A DNA stretch of 64,000 nt from positions 992,001 through 1,056,000 of the forward strand of contig CAVPLM010000005.1 in NCBI GenBank assembly GCA_963706025.1. Direction: 5' to 3'. Position 1 is the first letter of the stretch, and each line of letters begins with the position of its first letter. The position numbers were made by a program, and so were the translations under genes. Under the pieces are notes generated by a model, which saw only the letters and a list, made by a program, of their open reading frames with translations, had not been told where the DNA came from and searched no databases. The stretch comes from an uncultured Actinomycetes bacterium (GTDB taxonomy: Bacteria; Actinomycetota; Thermoleophilia; RBG-16-64-13). Of the stretch, positions 10,437 through 21,319 are shown piece after piece.

Positions 10437-11340
10437 ATGGCACCGGCCGTCCAGACGGAGGGACTCACCAAGAGGTACGGCCTCCGCGCTGGGCATCGAG
10501 AACCTCGACCTAGAAGTCCTGCAGGGGGAGATATTCGGATTCATAGGCCCCAACGGGGCCGGCAAGACGACTACCATCCGTCTGCTTCTGGACCTGCTTC
10601 ACCCCACCAGTGGGCGGGCCACCGTGCTGGGGCTGGATGCCCACCGCGACAGCGTGGCAGTGCGACGGGCGACCGGCTACCTCCCGGGTGAGTTCGGGCT
10701 GGATGTCCACATGACGGGGCGCCAGTTCCTCAAGTACTGCGGCCGGCTGCGCGGCCTCGACGATCTGGGAGCGGCGTCGCAGGTGGCCGACCGTCTGGAC
10801 CTCGATCTGGACGTGCCGATGGGCCGCCTCAGCCGGGGCAACCGCCAGAAGCTCGGCCTGGTCCAGGCTCTCTTCCATCATCCGCAGCTATTGATCCTCG
10901 ACGAACCCACCACCGGGCTGGATCCGCTGGTGCAAGACACCTTCCTGCAGATGATGCGAGAAGCCCGGAGCGAGGGTCGGACGGTCTTCCTGTCTTCGCA
11001 CATACTGAGCGAGGTGGAGCGGGTGTGTGATCGGGTTGCCATCGTGCGCGGTGGAAGGCTGGCTGCTCTGGAGACCACCGAGTCTCTCCTGGAGAGGCGG
11101 CGGAAGCGGGTCACGCTCGTGTTCAGCGAGCCGGTCGATGCTACGCCCTTCGCCCGCCTTCCCGGAGTGAGCGACGTGCGGGTCGACGGGAACACCATCT
11201 CACTCCGATTGCACGACGGCATAGACGCCGTGGTCAAGGTGGCGGCTCAGCACACGCTGCTCGACCTGAACGTCGAGCACCCCACCTTGGACGAGGTTTT
11301 CATGGGCTACTACGACGAGAGGCAGCCGTGGCCGGCCTGA
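10437..11340 (+). CDS. ABC transporter ATP-binding protein, frameshift near 10485
   Basis: Walker A GPNGAGKTT, signature LSRGN, Walker B LILDEPTTGLDP, SSH. Confidence 0.9.
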
Positions 11341-12128
11341 GACAGGTGTGGACCCTGATTGCGCACCAACTGCACAGACGGGTGCGCTCTATCGGCATCT
11401 GGGGAGTGGCCCTGGGCGGTTTGGGCGCGCTGTACGTGGCCCTCTACCCCAGCATGAGCAGCCTCCTCGAGCAGTACATGGAACAGGCGCCGGATCTGAT
11501 GCAGCAGTACATGGGCGAGATTCAAGGGTCAATCACCATCGAGCAGTGGCTGGGGATGGAACTCGTGAACGGTATCATCCCGATCGCGCTCCCCTTCATG
11601 GTCATGGTGATAGGGTCCCGGGCCATAGCCGGGAACGAAGAGCGCAAGACGCTCGACCTGTTGCTCAGCAATCCTTTGCCGCGCCAGAACGTAGTCGCAG
11701 GTTCGGTGGGTACAATGGCGCTTTCCCTGGCCGGCGTGTTGGCGATCACCTGGATACTGACCTACATCGCCGTGCCCGCTGCCGGGGTGGAGCTGTCGGC
11801 CGGTCGCCTGGCGGCCGGCCTGGCCGCGCTGTGGCCCATGTGTCTCTTTTTCGGAGCCCTCGCCCTACTGGCATCGGCCCTGGTCCGGCGCGCGTTCCTG
11901 GCCATAGTCATACCGGGAGTCGTCCTCGTGGCCATGTACGTGATCGACGGTCTCGCCCAGGCATCAAAGACCATCGAGCCGTTGCGGGTGCTCTCCCTCT
12001 TCTACCACCTGGGCCGGCCCTTGGAAGGGGACTTCCCCTGGACGGCGGTGCTTGTGACGCTGGTAGGGGTGTGCATTCTGGCCGGCGCGGCGATAGCCGC
12101 TTTCGCCCGCAGGGACATCTATACGTAG
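11328..12128 (+). CDS. ABC-2 type transporter permease
   Basis: AGNEERKTLDLLLSNP motif, 6 TM segments, overlaps the ATPase gene. Confidence 0.88.
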   Translation: MAGLRQVWTLIAHQLHRRVRSIGIWGVALGGLGALYVALYPSMSSLLEQYMEQAPDLMQQYMGEIQGSITIEQWLGMELVNGIIPIALPFMVMVIGSRAIAGNEERKTLDLLLSNPLPRQNVVAGSVGTMALSLAGVLAITWILTYIAVPAAGVELSAGRLAAGLAALWPMCLFFGALALLASALVRRAFLAIVIPGVVLVAMYVIDGLAQASKTIEPLRVLSLFYHLGRPLEGDFPWTAVLVTLVGVCILAGAAIAAFARRDIYT

Positions 12129-12304
12129 AGTCGGCTCCCCGGCCGGGGCCGATCCTTCGGCCGTTCGCGAGAACAGCAGGTGCGATGGGCACCGGGGCGT
12201 TGCGTTAGATCTTACGCGATCCCGAAAGCCCTAGTCTTTGGCTGTCATAGGGTTGCTCGCCTCGGACACGCCGTTGGGATCGAAGCTCCGCCGCACGGCC
12301 GTAT

Positions 12305-14575
12305 TCATGGAGTCGACCAGATCTTGTAGTTGTCGAAACCCAGTTGGAGCCCGCCCGAGGTGGTCGTTCCGCCTATGAATCCTAATCTGCCGGACGCAAG
12401 GGAAGCGCCCGTAAGCTCGCAAACATTCGTCCCGTTGACGTACATATTGACGGTGGCTCCCTTGGCCGTCACCTTCAGATGATTCCAGGCAGTGCCCTTG
12501 TTGATGGCGCTGGCCGGATTGTCCTGGACCTGGGTCAGAGAACTCCGACTCCCGCCGGCCACCCGCCACAATTGCCAGAAGCCCTCGCTGGAGACGACGA
12601 ACTGATACATGTCCTTGCCATCGGAGGATACCCTAAAGATGAGCCCGTAGAGCCCCTCCATTAGCGAGGGCAGAGAAAGGGCGTCAACTTCGACCGTGAA
12701 ATCGCTGTACGACTCGCCCAGCCAGGTCCAGGCGAGCCAATTGGGCTCGCTGATGGTGATGGTGTAGCGGGAGAGCGAAGTGTCGCACGCCAGTTGGTAG
12801 TTGCCGTCCCCGCCCTCCGACCACCCGCTGGCCCCAGTGGAAAAATCGTCGGAGAACAGCAGCTGAGGCTCCGACGGAGGCGGTCCGTTGCCCTCCAGGT
12901 TGTAGAGGTTCCACATGATCTGGGCCGATTCGCCCCGGCTGGCCTTGGCCTCGCAGCTCCATGAGGGGCCGACCCCGGCGACGCCGTCGAGCAGCCCGTT
13001 GAATTCGGCGACGCGCACGTTCTCGCCATGATAGGGATTCGAGTAGTAGTTAGTTAGCCCACCGCCGTTCCAGCCGGTGGGTGGAGTCTCGAGCGCCCCC
13101 TGTTTGAAGTTCTTGCCGGCACGCACCACCATGCTAATCACTTGCGCCCGGGTGATGTCCACGTACGGCGCGAAGGTGGTAGCCGTCTTGCCGTAGGTGA
13201 TCTGAAGGGCATAGGCCTTGCCTACATAGTCGTTCGGGTAGAGCTTGCCTGGGTCGTCGAGTTCGAGGTCCGTGAAGGGCTTGCTCGCGTCCTGCCAGTC
13301 GCTTTCGGAAACGGTGATCTTCAGCACACCCAGGATCATCTTGGCGAACTGGGCCCGGAGGATGTTGTTCTGGGGCCGAAACTCCTTTCCCCCGGGGACA
13401 TCATATCCGTCGATGACCCCGGCGTGACTCAGGCCCTCGATCGCGGTGTAGTAGGTGTGGCTCGGAGGCACGTCGAGGAAGCACTGGTGGCCGGGAGGCT
13501 GCGTGCCGCCGTAGCTCACTATCGTCCCCGCGTCACCGACAGCCCAGCCGCGCGGCGTGCCGCCCGTCTGGCTGGCAGGAAGGAAGAAGACCTGGTTCAG
13601 CTTCGCGGAGGTACCGGAGGACTGTGAAGACCAGGCGCCACCGCCGCTGGTGGTCTGCATGAGGGAGCCGTCGGCCAAGATGCCCCAGCCTTGAGTGGAA
13701 CTGGCGAATGCGAACCGCGCCGGCCACTGCGGAGAAGAGACGCTCACCACCTGCCAGGTGACCCCGCCGTTGGTGGTGTGGAGGAGCCGATTGACGCTCG
13801 TGAGGAGGTTGGTCATCCTCACCCAGCCCTCGAGCGGACTGGTGAAGAAGAGTGAATCGAAGGTGAGGATGCCCTCCTCCACCGGCAGGTTAGTGAATTC
13901 CGCCCTACTCCAGAGGGAGCCGCCGTTGGTCGTATAGAAGTGGACGTTCCCGGAGCCCGTGATGCAACCGTTGTTGGCGTCGCGAAAATGGACCCCGTTG
14001 ATGGTCTGCACGGTGGAGAGCACCCCACCTACATCCGTCTTGTCCTGCCGCTCCCAGATGCCGCCGCCGTTCGTCGTGCGGACGACGGTCCCCCAGGTGC
14101 CGCCCAACCAGATGTGGGTGGCATCGACGATGGCCACGTCGAGGTAACCGCCTGTGATGGCTGGCACAGCCACTGGGTTCCAGGTACCGCCGCCGTTGGA
14201 AGTCTTGAGCACGACTGGAGCGTTCGAGGCGTCGCGACCCAGGACCCAGCCGTTGTTCTGGTCGACGAACCTGACCTTGAACAGGCCGGCCGTACCCCCG
14301 GAAGTCTGCTTCGTCCAGGTTTGGCCACCATTGGTGGTACTGAGAATGACGCCGCCGTCGCCCGCCACCCAGCCGTAATTGCGATCGAGGAAGAAGACTG
14401 CGTTGAGCTTCGCGGTGGTGCCGGAGGCCTGAGCAGCCCAGCCGACGTCTGCCGCCAGAGCCACGCCCGGAGAGAAGGCACCGGAGGTCGCGAATGCGCC
14501 CACCGCCAACAGCAGCATGGTGGCAAAGGCGACCGTTGGCAGGTACTTGACCAAACGTCGCCGTGCGGCCAACAT
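12305..14575 (-). CDS. Secreted surface protein: YCF48/BNR beta-propeller, SLH domains and a C-terminal beta-sandwich (ConA/DUF1080-like)
   Basis: Signal peptide, repeated TTNGGxTW Asp-boxes, FLDVPPSHTYY..GVIDGY..FRP..ILRAQFAKM, ITRAQV and LFSDDFS...WNHLKV. Confidence 0.85.
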   Translation of the reverse strand: MLAARRRLVKYLPTVAFATMLLLAVGAFATSGAFSPGVALAADVGWAAQASGTTAKLNAVFFLDRNYGWVAGDGGVILSTTNGGQTWTKQTSGGTAGLFKVRFVDQNNGWVLGRDASNAPVVLKTSNGGGTWNPVAVPAITGGYLDVAIVDATHIWLGGTWGTVVRTTNGGGIWERQDKTDVGGVLSTVQTINGVHFRDANNGCITGSGNVHFYTTNGGSLWSRAEFTNLPVEEGILTFDSLFFTSPLEGWVRMTNLLTSVNRLLHTTNGGVTWQVVSVSSPQWPARFAFASSTQGWGILADGSLMQTTSGGGAWSSQSSGTSAKLNQVFFLPASQTGGTPRGWAVGDAGTIVSYGGTQPPGHQCFLDVPPSHTYYTAIEGLSHAGVIDGYDVPGGKEFRPQNNILRAQFAKMILGVLKITVSESDWQDASKPFTDLELDDPGKLYPNDYVGKAYALQITYGKTATTFAPYVDITRAQVISMVVRAGKNFKQGALETPPTGWNGGGLTNYYSNPYHGENVRVAEFNGLLDGVAGVGPSWSCEAKASRGESAQIMWNLYNLEGNGPPPSEPQLLFSDDFSTGASGWSEGGDGNYQLACDTSLSRYTITISEPNWLAWTWLGESYSDFTVEVDALSLPSLMEGLYGLIFRVSSDGKDMYQFVVSSEGFWQLWRVAGGSRSSLTQVQDNPASAINKGTAWNHLKVTAKGATVNMYVNGTNVCELTGASLASGRLGFIGGTTTSGGLQLGFDNYKIWSTP

Positions 14576-14684
14576 CTGACCCCCTTTCCGCTTTGTGAGA
14601 CCCAGGGATGGAGAGGCGGCGGATGCTGGGGATTCCGTCCCCGGAGCCCCGGCGCCCGCCGCCTCAGGCGGTAGCCTCACCCGA

Positions 14685-15511
14685 TTACCTTTCTACGAAG
14701 ATGACCCCCAGATTGAGGCTGTCGACGAGGTCGACCTGCTGCGCGACCGGCTTGTAGCCGGGCGCGCTCACGACCAGGTCGTAGCGACCGGGCGCCAGGC
14801 CGTCGAAGATGAAGTCGCCGTAGTTGTTCGTTGCGGTGTCGCCAATCTTGGTGCCCTCCGCCTGCAGGATGACGATCGCACCCTCGGCGCAGTCGTCGGT
14901 GTCTTTGTAGGCCACGGTTCCGCCCAGAAAGGCCTTGGTCCAACGGTGGAGGTTCTTGTACCAGACGCGCGGGTTGGTCCCCCAGTCCGCCTGATACGCC
15001 TCCAGACCCTCCGCACTGGCCTTCACCACCATCTCGTCCTCATCACCCAGGACGAGTTTGAGCGCCCCGGTGGGGCACACCTGGGTGCAGCGGGTCTCGG
15101 TCCACCCGCCGTCGATCAGGTGTGCGCAACCGGTGCACTTCTGGGGAAGGCCGGCCTCCTCGTTCCAGTAGATGACGTCGTAGGGGCAACTGCCAACGAT
15201 CTGCTTCTGACCCTTGGCTTTCTTGGGGTCGATGATCACGAGGCCGTCTTTGCGCTTGTGCACGGCGCCGTCGGGAGTGAGGCAGGGAGCATCGTCGCAA
15301 TGCTGGCAGGGGACGGGCAGGTAAGCCACCTGCACCATCGGGAACTGGCCTCTCTCCTTGCGCTCGATGTCCATCCAGCGCTGGCCGGACCAGGGCTGGG
15401 CGACCGAGTAGCCCTTGAAGTCGTTCCCTACATACTCGTCCTTGCAGGCCAGGAAGCAGTTGTTGCAGTCGTGGCAGAGGGCGACGTCGACACCATGTTC
15501 CACTTTTTCAT
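14685..15511 (-). CDS. bthL: Pyrogallol hydroxytransferase small (Fe-S) subunit-like, frameshift near 15490
   Basis: MKKWNMV.DVALCHDCNNCFLACKDEYVGNDF, CQHCDDAPC, CPYDVIYWNEE..QKCTGCAH, CTQVCPTGA and a C-terminal beta domain TNNYGDFIFD. Confidence 0.85.
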
Positions 15512-18100
15512 CTGCCGTCCTCCCACTTCTCGACTTGGATCAAACAGGAGTTGTTGGACATGCCCCCGGAGTAGGGAGTGATCAGCCGGATGTTGGTGAG
15601 GATGTTCACACAACCGCCGCGGTCCGGCGACTCACCGGGCGTGCCCAGGGGATCGTATTCCGCGCACGACTCGTACGAGTGGACGGTGCCGGACGGCACC
15701 CGCTCGGTGACCTGCGCCGCCAGGATGACCGAACCCCGGTCGTTGAAGGCCCGGATCAAGTCACCGCTCCTGAGGCCTCGAGCCGAAGCATCCTGAGTGT
15801 TGAGGCGCATGACCCAGTAGTAGTGGCCGTCCACCAACACCCGGTGGTCCTTGACCTCGTTCATCCAACTCTCTTTGCCGTCGCCCATGGTGTGGAAGCT
15901 GAAGCGCGGGTGCGGGGAGACCATCTGCAGGGGATACTTGCCGTAGAGCTCGGTGGTGTGGTGTCCCTCCCAGCTGGGGATGAACTGCGGGCCCATGGCC
16001 GGCCGCTCGGGATCGATGTTGCCCCCCGCCTCGAAGCGGGTGAGGCTCGACGAGACGAACTCGATCTTGCCGGATGCGGTCTGTAGCCCTTTGAGGCCGA
16101 CCGTGTCGGCTGGGAAAGCCCAGTCGGGCGTGTCGCGGACCCGGTCCTCGGCGAACCAGCGCATGGCCGGAGTGGACTTGTGGTCTTTGGGGAACGGGAC
16201 GACGACGTAGCCCTTCTTCTCGAAGTCTTTCCAGGAGATCAACTTGGGTAGGTCGGTGGCCTGGAAGTATTCCTTGACCCACTGATACTCGTCCTTGCCG
16301 CCCATGGTGAACAGGTGCCCGATCCCCAGTCGCTCGCACACAGCCGCGAAGATGTCGTAGTCGGACTTGCTCTCGCCCAGCGGCTCGATGCACTTCATCT
16401 GCAGGCTGATGACCCGGTTGTTGGTCTGGGTGTAGACGTCGGGGATATAGCCTGAGCAGCTGGCGAACTCGCTGATGTCCCAGCGCTCGAAGTTGGTGCA
16501 GGCCGGCAGGACGATATCGGCGAACTTGGCTTCCCCCTCCCACCAGATGGGCTGGCTCACCGCGAACTCCAGCTTCGGATTCCGATAGGCCTTCACGTAG
16601 CGGTTGGTCTGGGTCATGGTCCCGAAGAAGGACCCTCCGTAGCGCCAGTACATGTGGATGAACGGGTAGCCCGGAGCCGGATACTCGTATTTCTGCAGCT
16701 GGCTCTCGATGGAGGAACCGCAGAACCCCTTGCCCCTGAACTCCATCTTCTCGTTCTGGAGCGCTTCGGGGATGCGGAGGCGCGATATGATCTGACCCTC
16801 GGTGGAGTCGTGCGTGCACCGGGTGGCTCCCTGCCTGCCCGCGAACATGTGATAGACCCAGCGGAAGCCGGCGGCCGACTTGTCTACATCACCGGAGATG
16901 CCACCCTCGGCATAGCCGGGGAAGAGGAAGGACTCGTCGGCCGGGCAGCCCTGCGAGGTCCCCCATATGTTGCTCCCCGGCTTGCCCATGCCCTGCATCG
17001 CAGCCAGGGCGATCATGGTGCGGGCCCACTCGTTGCCGGTGGCAGAACGGCAGGCGCCGCCCCAGCCTCCGAGGCTGCCGGCGGCCAGCATCGTCTTCTT
17101 GGCGCCCCACTCCCGAGCCAACGCCCGGATGTCGCGGGCCGGGATCCTCGATTCACCCTCGGCCCATTCGGGGGTCTTGGGCACGCCGTCGCTCTCGCCC
17201 AGGACGTACGCTTTCCATTGATCGAAGCCCACGGTGCGATCGGCCACATATTCCTTGTCGTACGTGCCCTCGGTCAGCCACGTGTAGGCGATGCCGAGAC
17301 CCAGGGCCACGTCGGTGCCGAGCCGCGGCGAGAACCACTTGTCGGCGATAAGACCGGCGGTGTGGTTGTAGTAGGGGTCGATGAAGATCATCTTGACGCC
17401 CAGCTCCTTGAGCCAGAAGCGGCGGACGGTGCTCTCGAAGGCCGAGTAGATGCCGCCCCCGGTGCTCTCGGGGTCGGCCGACCAGAACACGATCATCTCG
17501 GTGTGCTTGAGGGCATCTTCCAGGAGGTCGTACTGCTCGGGTATGCCCAGGCGGTGGCTGTAGCCCCACATGTGCATGCCCCCCCAGTGCCAGCCTTCCC
17601 AGCTGTCCGGGTTGTGGGCGGCCTGGACCATCCCCACCAGGTTCGAGAAACGCAAGTAGGCGCTGTGGCGATAGCCCACGTTGCCCCACAGGTGGTGGGA
17701 CCCACAGGTGGTGAGGATCGCCCCCGGTCCAAACGTTCGCTTCACCCGGTTGATCTCGTTGCAGACGATACCCAGGGCCTCGTCCCAGCTGATGGGCTCG
17801 TAGTCTGACTCGCCCCGCTTTTCGCAGTTGCGCTCGCCGTTGGGGTCGAAATCCACCCGTTTGAGCGGGGTGAGCACCCGCTTGGGCGAGTAGATCATCG
17901 ACTTGTGACCGGCGGTGTAGGGCATCACGGTGGTGCGCCGGGGCGGGGCGAAGGTACGCCCTCTGCGCCTCGATCGACCAGGTGGGGTTGTCGGACTCCT
18001 CGAGGTCCATGGGCGTGATCCGCAAGATCTTCCCATCTCTCACATCGACGAAGACCGGCCCCCCGGTGGTGCTGTTTGTCATCCTCTGTACTTTGCCCAT
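15508..18100 (-). CDS. athL: Pyrogallol hydroxytransferase (transhydroxylase) large Mo-bisMGD subunit-like, frameshift near 17965
   Basis: MGKVQRMTNSTTGGPVFVDVRDGKILRITPMD, SHHLWGNVGYRHS, HNPDSWEGWHWGGMHMWG, FPGYAEGGISGD, CSGYIPD and SPHPRFSFHTMGDGK closely match my recollection of Pelobacter acidigallici AthL. Confidence 0.88.
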
Positions 18101-18212
18101 GCTTCGACCTCCGCTCGCGCTTTGATCCCGGGGCGGCCGCACGTGCCGCCCTACCCGTCAACTATGATTTACCGGGCCCGGAACTACAACCCTCGTGTGG
18201 GATACGTGTGAA

Positions 18213-18245
18213 GGTGGCGGAGCCGGTTCCACCGGCTCCGCCACC
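18213..18245. terminator. Perfect 15-bp hairpin between the SBP gene and athL
   Basis: GGTGGCGGAGCCGGT-TCC-ACCGGCTCCGCCACC. Confidence 0.6.
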
Positions 18246-18294
18246 CATGCAGGCCCCGATTCGCTTGTAAGAGGGCTCCGCGCCCGTGGGTACT

Positions 18295-19764
18295 CTAGGA
18301 GTACTCTATGGGCACCATCGCTGCCTCCTTCGCGATCGCTGGACCCATCTTGTTGTCGACAATGACCAGGTCGAAGTCCCACTTCCCGGTCCCCGGGACC
18401 CACTGCCCACCAACCAACGGCGTACGGTACACGTTCGGGACCGGGTGTAAGGAGTTCGGATCGACCGGCGAGGTGAAGTCGATCGGACCGCCGATGGTCT
18501 CCATCTTGGTGGTTCTAATCGCCGCGACGATGGCTTCTTTGTCGTCCACGTTTGGGCACCGTCTAAGGGCGTCGACCACGACTTCGAACACCCCATAGTG
18601 CAGCAGGGGTTGAGTCCATTGAAGTCCTGTGCGCTGCTCAAAGTCATCCGCAAACTGCTGGCACGTCTCCCCGGTTAACGACGACTTGAACGGATGTCTC
18701 GGCGTCCACCAGACCTCGGTCGACAGATAGTAGCCCGCGGGGCCGATAGCTTCGAGCGCTCCGGGGAAAAGGAGAGCCTTGCCCACCGTCGCCACGGGAG
18801 GCCTGAAACCCTGCTGGAGCATCTGATTCCACATGACCGGGAAGTCAGGCGGTAGGGGGACGCCGGTAAGGATCTCGCAACCTGATTTCTTGATATCGGT
18901 GATGATGGCCGTGTAGTCCTCGGTCCCACTGTTGTAGCCGCCCGCGTAGACGACCTCGTATCCGTTCTGCGGCAGGACTGCCGGGAATCCCAACTCTGGA
19001 TCCCGCCAGGCGTTACCGTCGGCGTCATTGGGCCACATGCCGGCGACCTTCTTGTTGGTCTGCATGCTGTCCCACATGCTCACGAACGTCCCAATGACGT
19101 CCTCGAGACCCCAGAACGCGTGCCACGTCCACTTGAAGCCCTCGGGCGGAGGATTCCGGCTCAGGTAGTAGGCCTGCCAGGGAGCATCATTCGAGAACAT
19201 GGGGCATTGTAGAGCCTCAGCCTGCCCGGCCACCGGGGTGACCGTATCGTTCGTGGAGGCCGCCATGATGACGTCGACCTGGTCGTTCGTGATGAGGTCG
19301 CCCCCTACCTGTGCTGCCCGGTTGCTGTCGGACTGGCTATCCCTGACCAAGATGTTGATGGGGTGATTCTTGCCGTCGCCACAGACAAGCCCGTCGGAGA
19401 CGGCTTCCTTCCAGCGCGAGGCGCAGTACTGGTCGGGCACTCCGAACAAGGCGATGGCGCCGGTAATCGGGGCCACAAACCCGATCTTGAGTTCCCGCCC
19501 GGTCTCCGGACCCGCGGAGACGGTCGTAGTGGCCCCCGCCGTGGTGGTGGTTGCGCCTGCTGTGGTGGTCGTTGATTCCGCGGCGGTGGTGGTGGTTTCC
19601 TCTTCGCCGCAGGCGGCGAGCAGTCCGCCCAGGCCAGCGCTGAGGCCGATCGCGGCACCCGAAACGCCCGCGATCCGAAGGAACTCGCGACGGCTCAGCG
19701 CCTTCGCGCCGGGAATAGCGGTTGCTCCCTTCCCGTCAGGAGCTTTCTCCTCCGAGTTCGGCAT
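18295..19764 (-). CDS. Tat-exported ABC substrate-binding lipoprotein (Peripla_BP_6/LivJ-like)
   Basis: SRREFLR Tat motif, LLAAC lipobox, Thr-rich linker, KIGFVAPITG, DSQSDSNRAAQV, TEVWWTPRHPFKSSLTG. Confidence 0.88.
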   Translation of the reverse strand: MPNSEEKAPDGKGATAIPGAKALSRREFLRIAGVSGAAIGLSAGLGGLLAACGEEETTTTAAESTTTTAGATTTTAGATTTVSAGPETGRELKIGFVAPITGAIALFGVPDQYCASRWKEAVSDGLVCGDGKNHPINILVRDSQSDSNRAAQVGGDLITNDQVDVIMAASTNDTVTPVAGQAEALQCPMFSNDAPWQAYYLSRNPPPEGFKWTWHAFWGLEDVIGTFVSMWDSMQTNKKVAGMWPNDADGNAWRDPELGFPAVLPQNGYEVVYAGGYNSGTEDYTAIITDIKKSGCEILTGVPLPPDFPVMWNQMLQQGFRPPVATVGKALLFPGALEAIGPAGYYLSTEVWWTPRHPFKSSLTGETCQQFADDFEQRTGLQWTQPLLHYGVFEVVVDALRRCPNVDDKEAIVAAIRTTKMETIGGPIDFTSPVDPNSLHPVPNVYRTPLVGGQWVPGTGKWDFDLVIVDNKMGPAIAKEAAMVPIEYS

Positions 19765-19913
19765 GGCCCCCCTTTGAGTGTTGCCGATGACTCAGCGATT
19801 CCCCGAGAAACGATCGATTTCGTCGTCAGTCCAAACGCTCGTTCTCCCCCATAAGCCTCCATTCCCCGGGCCGAAAAGACCTGAGAGCCGTCTGATGCTA
19901 TCTATCCAGTGAT

Positions 19914-19933
19914 ATTGTTTGTAAACATACAAT
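19914..19933. promoter_or_regulatory. AT-rich imperfect palindrome, candidate GntR/FadR-type operator between the divergent SBP and MFS genes
   Basis: ATTGTTTGTAAACATACAAT is self-complementary at 16 of 20 positions, in a GC-rich background. Confidence 0.45.
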
Positions 19934-20001
19934 GGCTCCAGGCAGGCCGGCAAGTTCTGCAGCTAATCCTCGCGGATCCCGGGCCTTAGGCATCCCACAG
20001 G

Positions 20002-21219
20002 GTGGTGGTTCTCTCCAGAATGGCCAAAGCATGTCCTACTCCTCGACCCTTCCGAGCGGTCGCCGGGACCGTCGTGTTCCTCACCCTGCTCTTCTTCGTC
20101 ACCTTTCTCGGCCGGCTCATCTTCTCGCCGCTTCTCCCTGCGATAGGAGAGGACATCTCCCTCACCTCTGGCCAGGCCGGGTCGATCTTCTTCGTTGGTT
20201 CCTTCGGCCTGCTGGCCGGCTCGATGGTGGCCGGGTTGCTATCTTCACGGCTGAACCACCGGCGGACGATGCTGTTATCCGTTTTCGGGATCGCAGCCGT
20301 TCTCGCGGTTCTCTTTTTCGTCGACTCGGTCTGGGGACTACGTGGAGCGATGTTCGTCCTGGCGTTCTTCGCCGGGATCCACCTGCCTTCGTCGGTGGCG
20401 ACCATCACAGCCACGGTGCGAGAGCAGGACTGGCCTCGAGCTCTCTCCGTCCAGCAACTCGGCCCCCCGCTGGGGCTGATTGCTGCTCCGCTGGTGGCCG
20501 TCGGACTGTCGCACTGGTTCAGTTGGCAGACCATCTTCGTGTGGGTGGCAGGCCTCGCCTTGGTGCTCAATCTGGGTTTCTTGTTCTTCTTTGGGGGGAT
20601 CGGCTCGTTCCCCGGTGACCCCCCCAGCCCCAGGTTCATCGGGCCTCTGTCCCGCACTCGGTCGTTCTGGCTGATGATCTTCCTGTTTGCCCTGGGCATG
20701 GGGTCTCAGGTGGGGGTCTACACGATGCTGCCCTTGTATCTCTCTGAAGAGCGGGGGATGACGGTCTCCTCGGCCAACACCCTGCTGGGCTTGGCCAACA
20801 TCGCCCCCCTGGTGATGGTGTTCGTCTCGGGCTATATCACCGCACGGATCGGACCGAAGCGCACCATGGCGCTCTTCCTCTTCCTCACCGGGATCGCGGC
20901 GATCCTGGTAGGGAGCCTCTCCGGTCCCGGGCTCATAGTGGCCATCTTCTTCATGCCGGCTTTCGCGGTCGGCTTCTTCCCACCGGCCTTCGCCGCCCTG
21001 TCGCGCATCGTACAGCCCACGCTGCGCAGCTTGGCCGCGGCGCTGGGCCCATCGATGGCCTTCATCCTCGGCGGGGGTCTGCTCCCGCAGGCTCTCGGCT
21101 ACATGGGGCAGGCCTACAGCTTCAGTCTCGGCATCGTCATCACAGGGGTGGTCGTCGCGGTCGGTTCGTGCGCGGCCTTCTTCGTCCACCTCTTGAAGGA
21201 ATTGGAACCCGGCTGCTAG
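20002..21219 (+). CDS. MFS transporter
   Basis: 12 TM segments, GRLIFSPLLP, GLLSSRLNHRR, GYITARIGPKR. Confidence 0.88.
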   Translation: MVVLSRMAKACPTPRPFRAVAGTVVFLTLLFFVTFLGRLIFSPLLPAIGEDISLTSGQAGSIFFVGSFGLLAGSMVAGLLSSRLNHRRTMLLSVFGIAAVLAVLFFVDSVWGLRGAMFVLAFFAGIHLPSSVATITATVREQDWPRALSVQQLGPPLGLIAAPLVAVGLSHWFSWQTIFVWVAGLALVLNLGFLFFFGGIGSFPGDPPSPRFIGPLSRTRSFWLMIFLFALGMGSQVGVYTMLPLYLSEERGMTVSSANTLLGLANIAPLVMVFVSGYITARIGPKRTMALFLFLTGIAAILVGSLSGPGLIVAIFFMPAFAVGFFPPAFAALSRIVQPTLRSLAAALGPSMAFILGGGLLPQALGYMGQAYSFSLGIVITGVVVAVGSCAAFFVHLLKELEPGC

Positions 21220-21319
21220 ACCACCCTCTGGAGCCGGCTCGGCAGCCGGCGGCGGTGGTCGCGCCCTCTCGTGGTAGATTGACTCCCGAACGCGAGACGA
21301 CAATAGCTATCGAGGAGAG

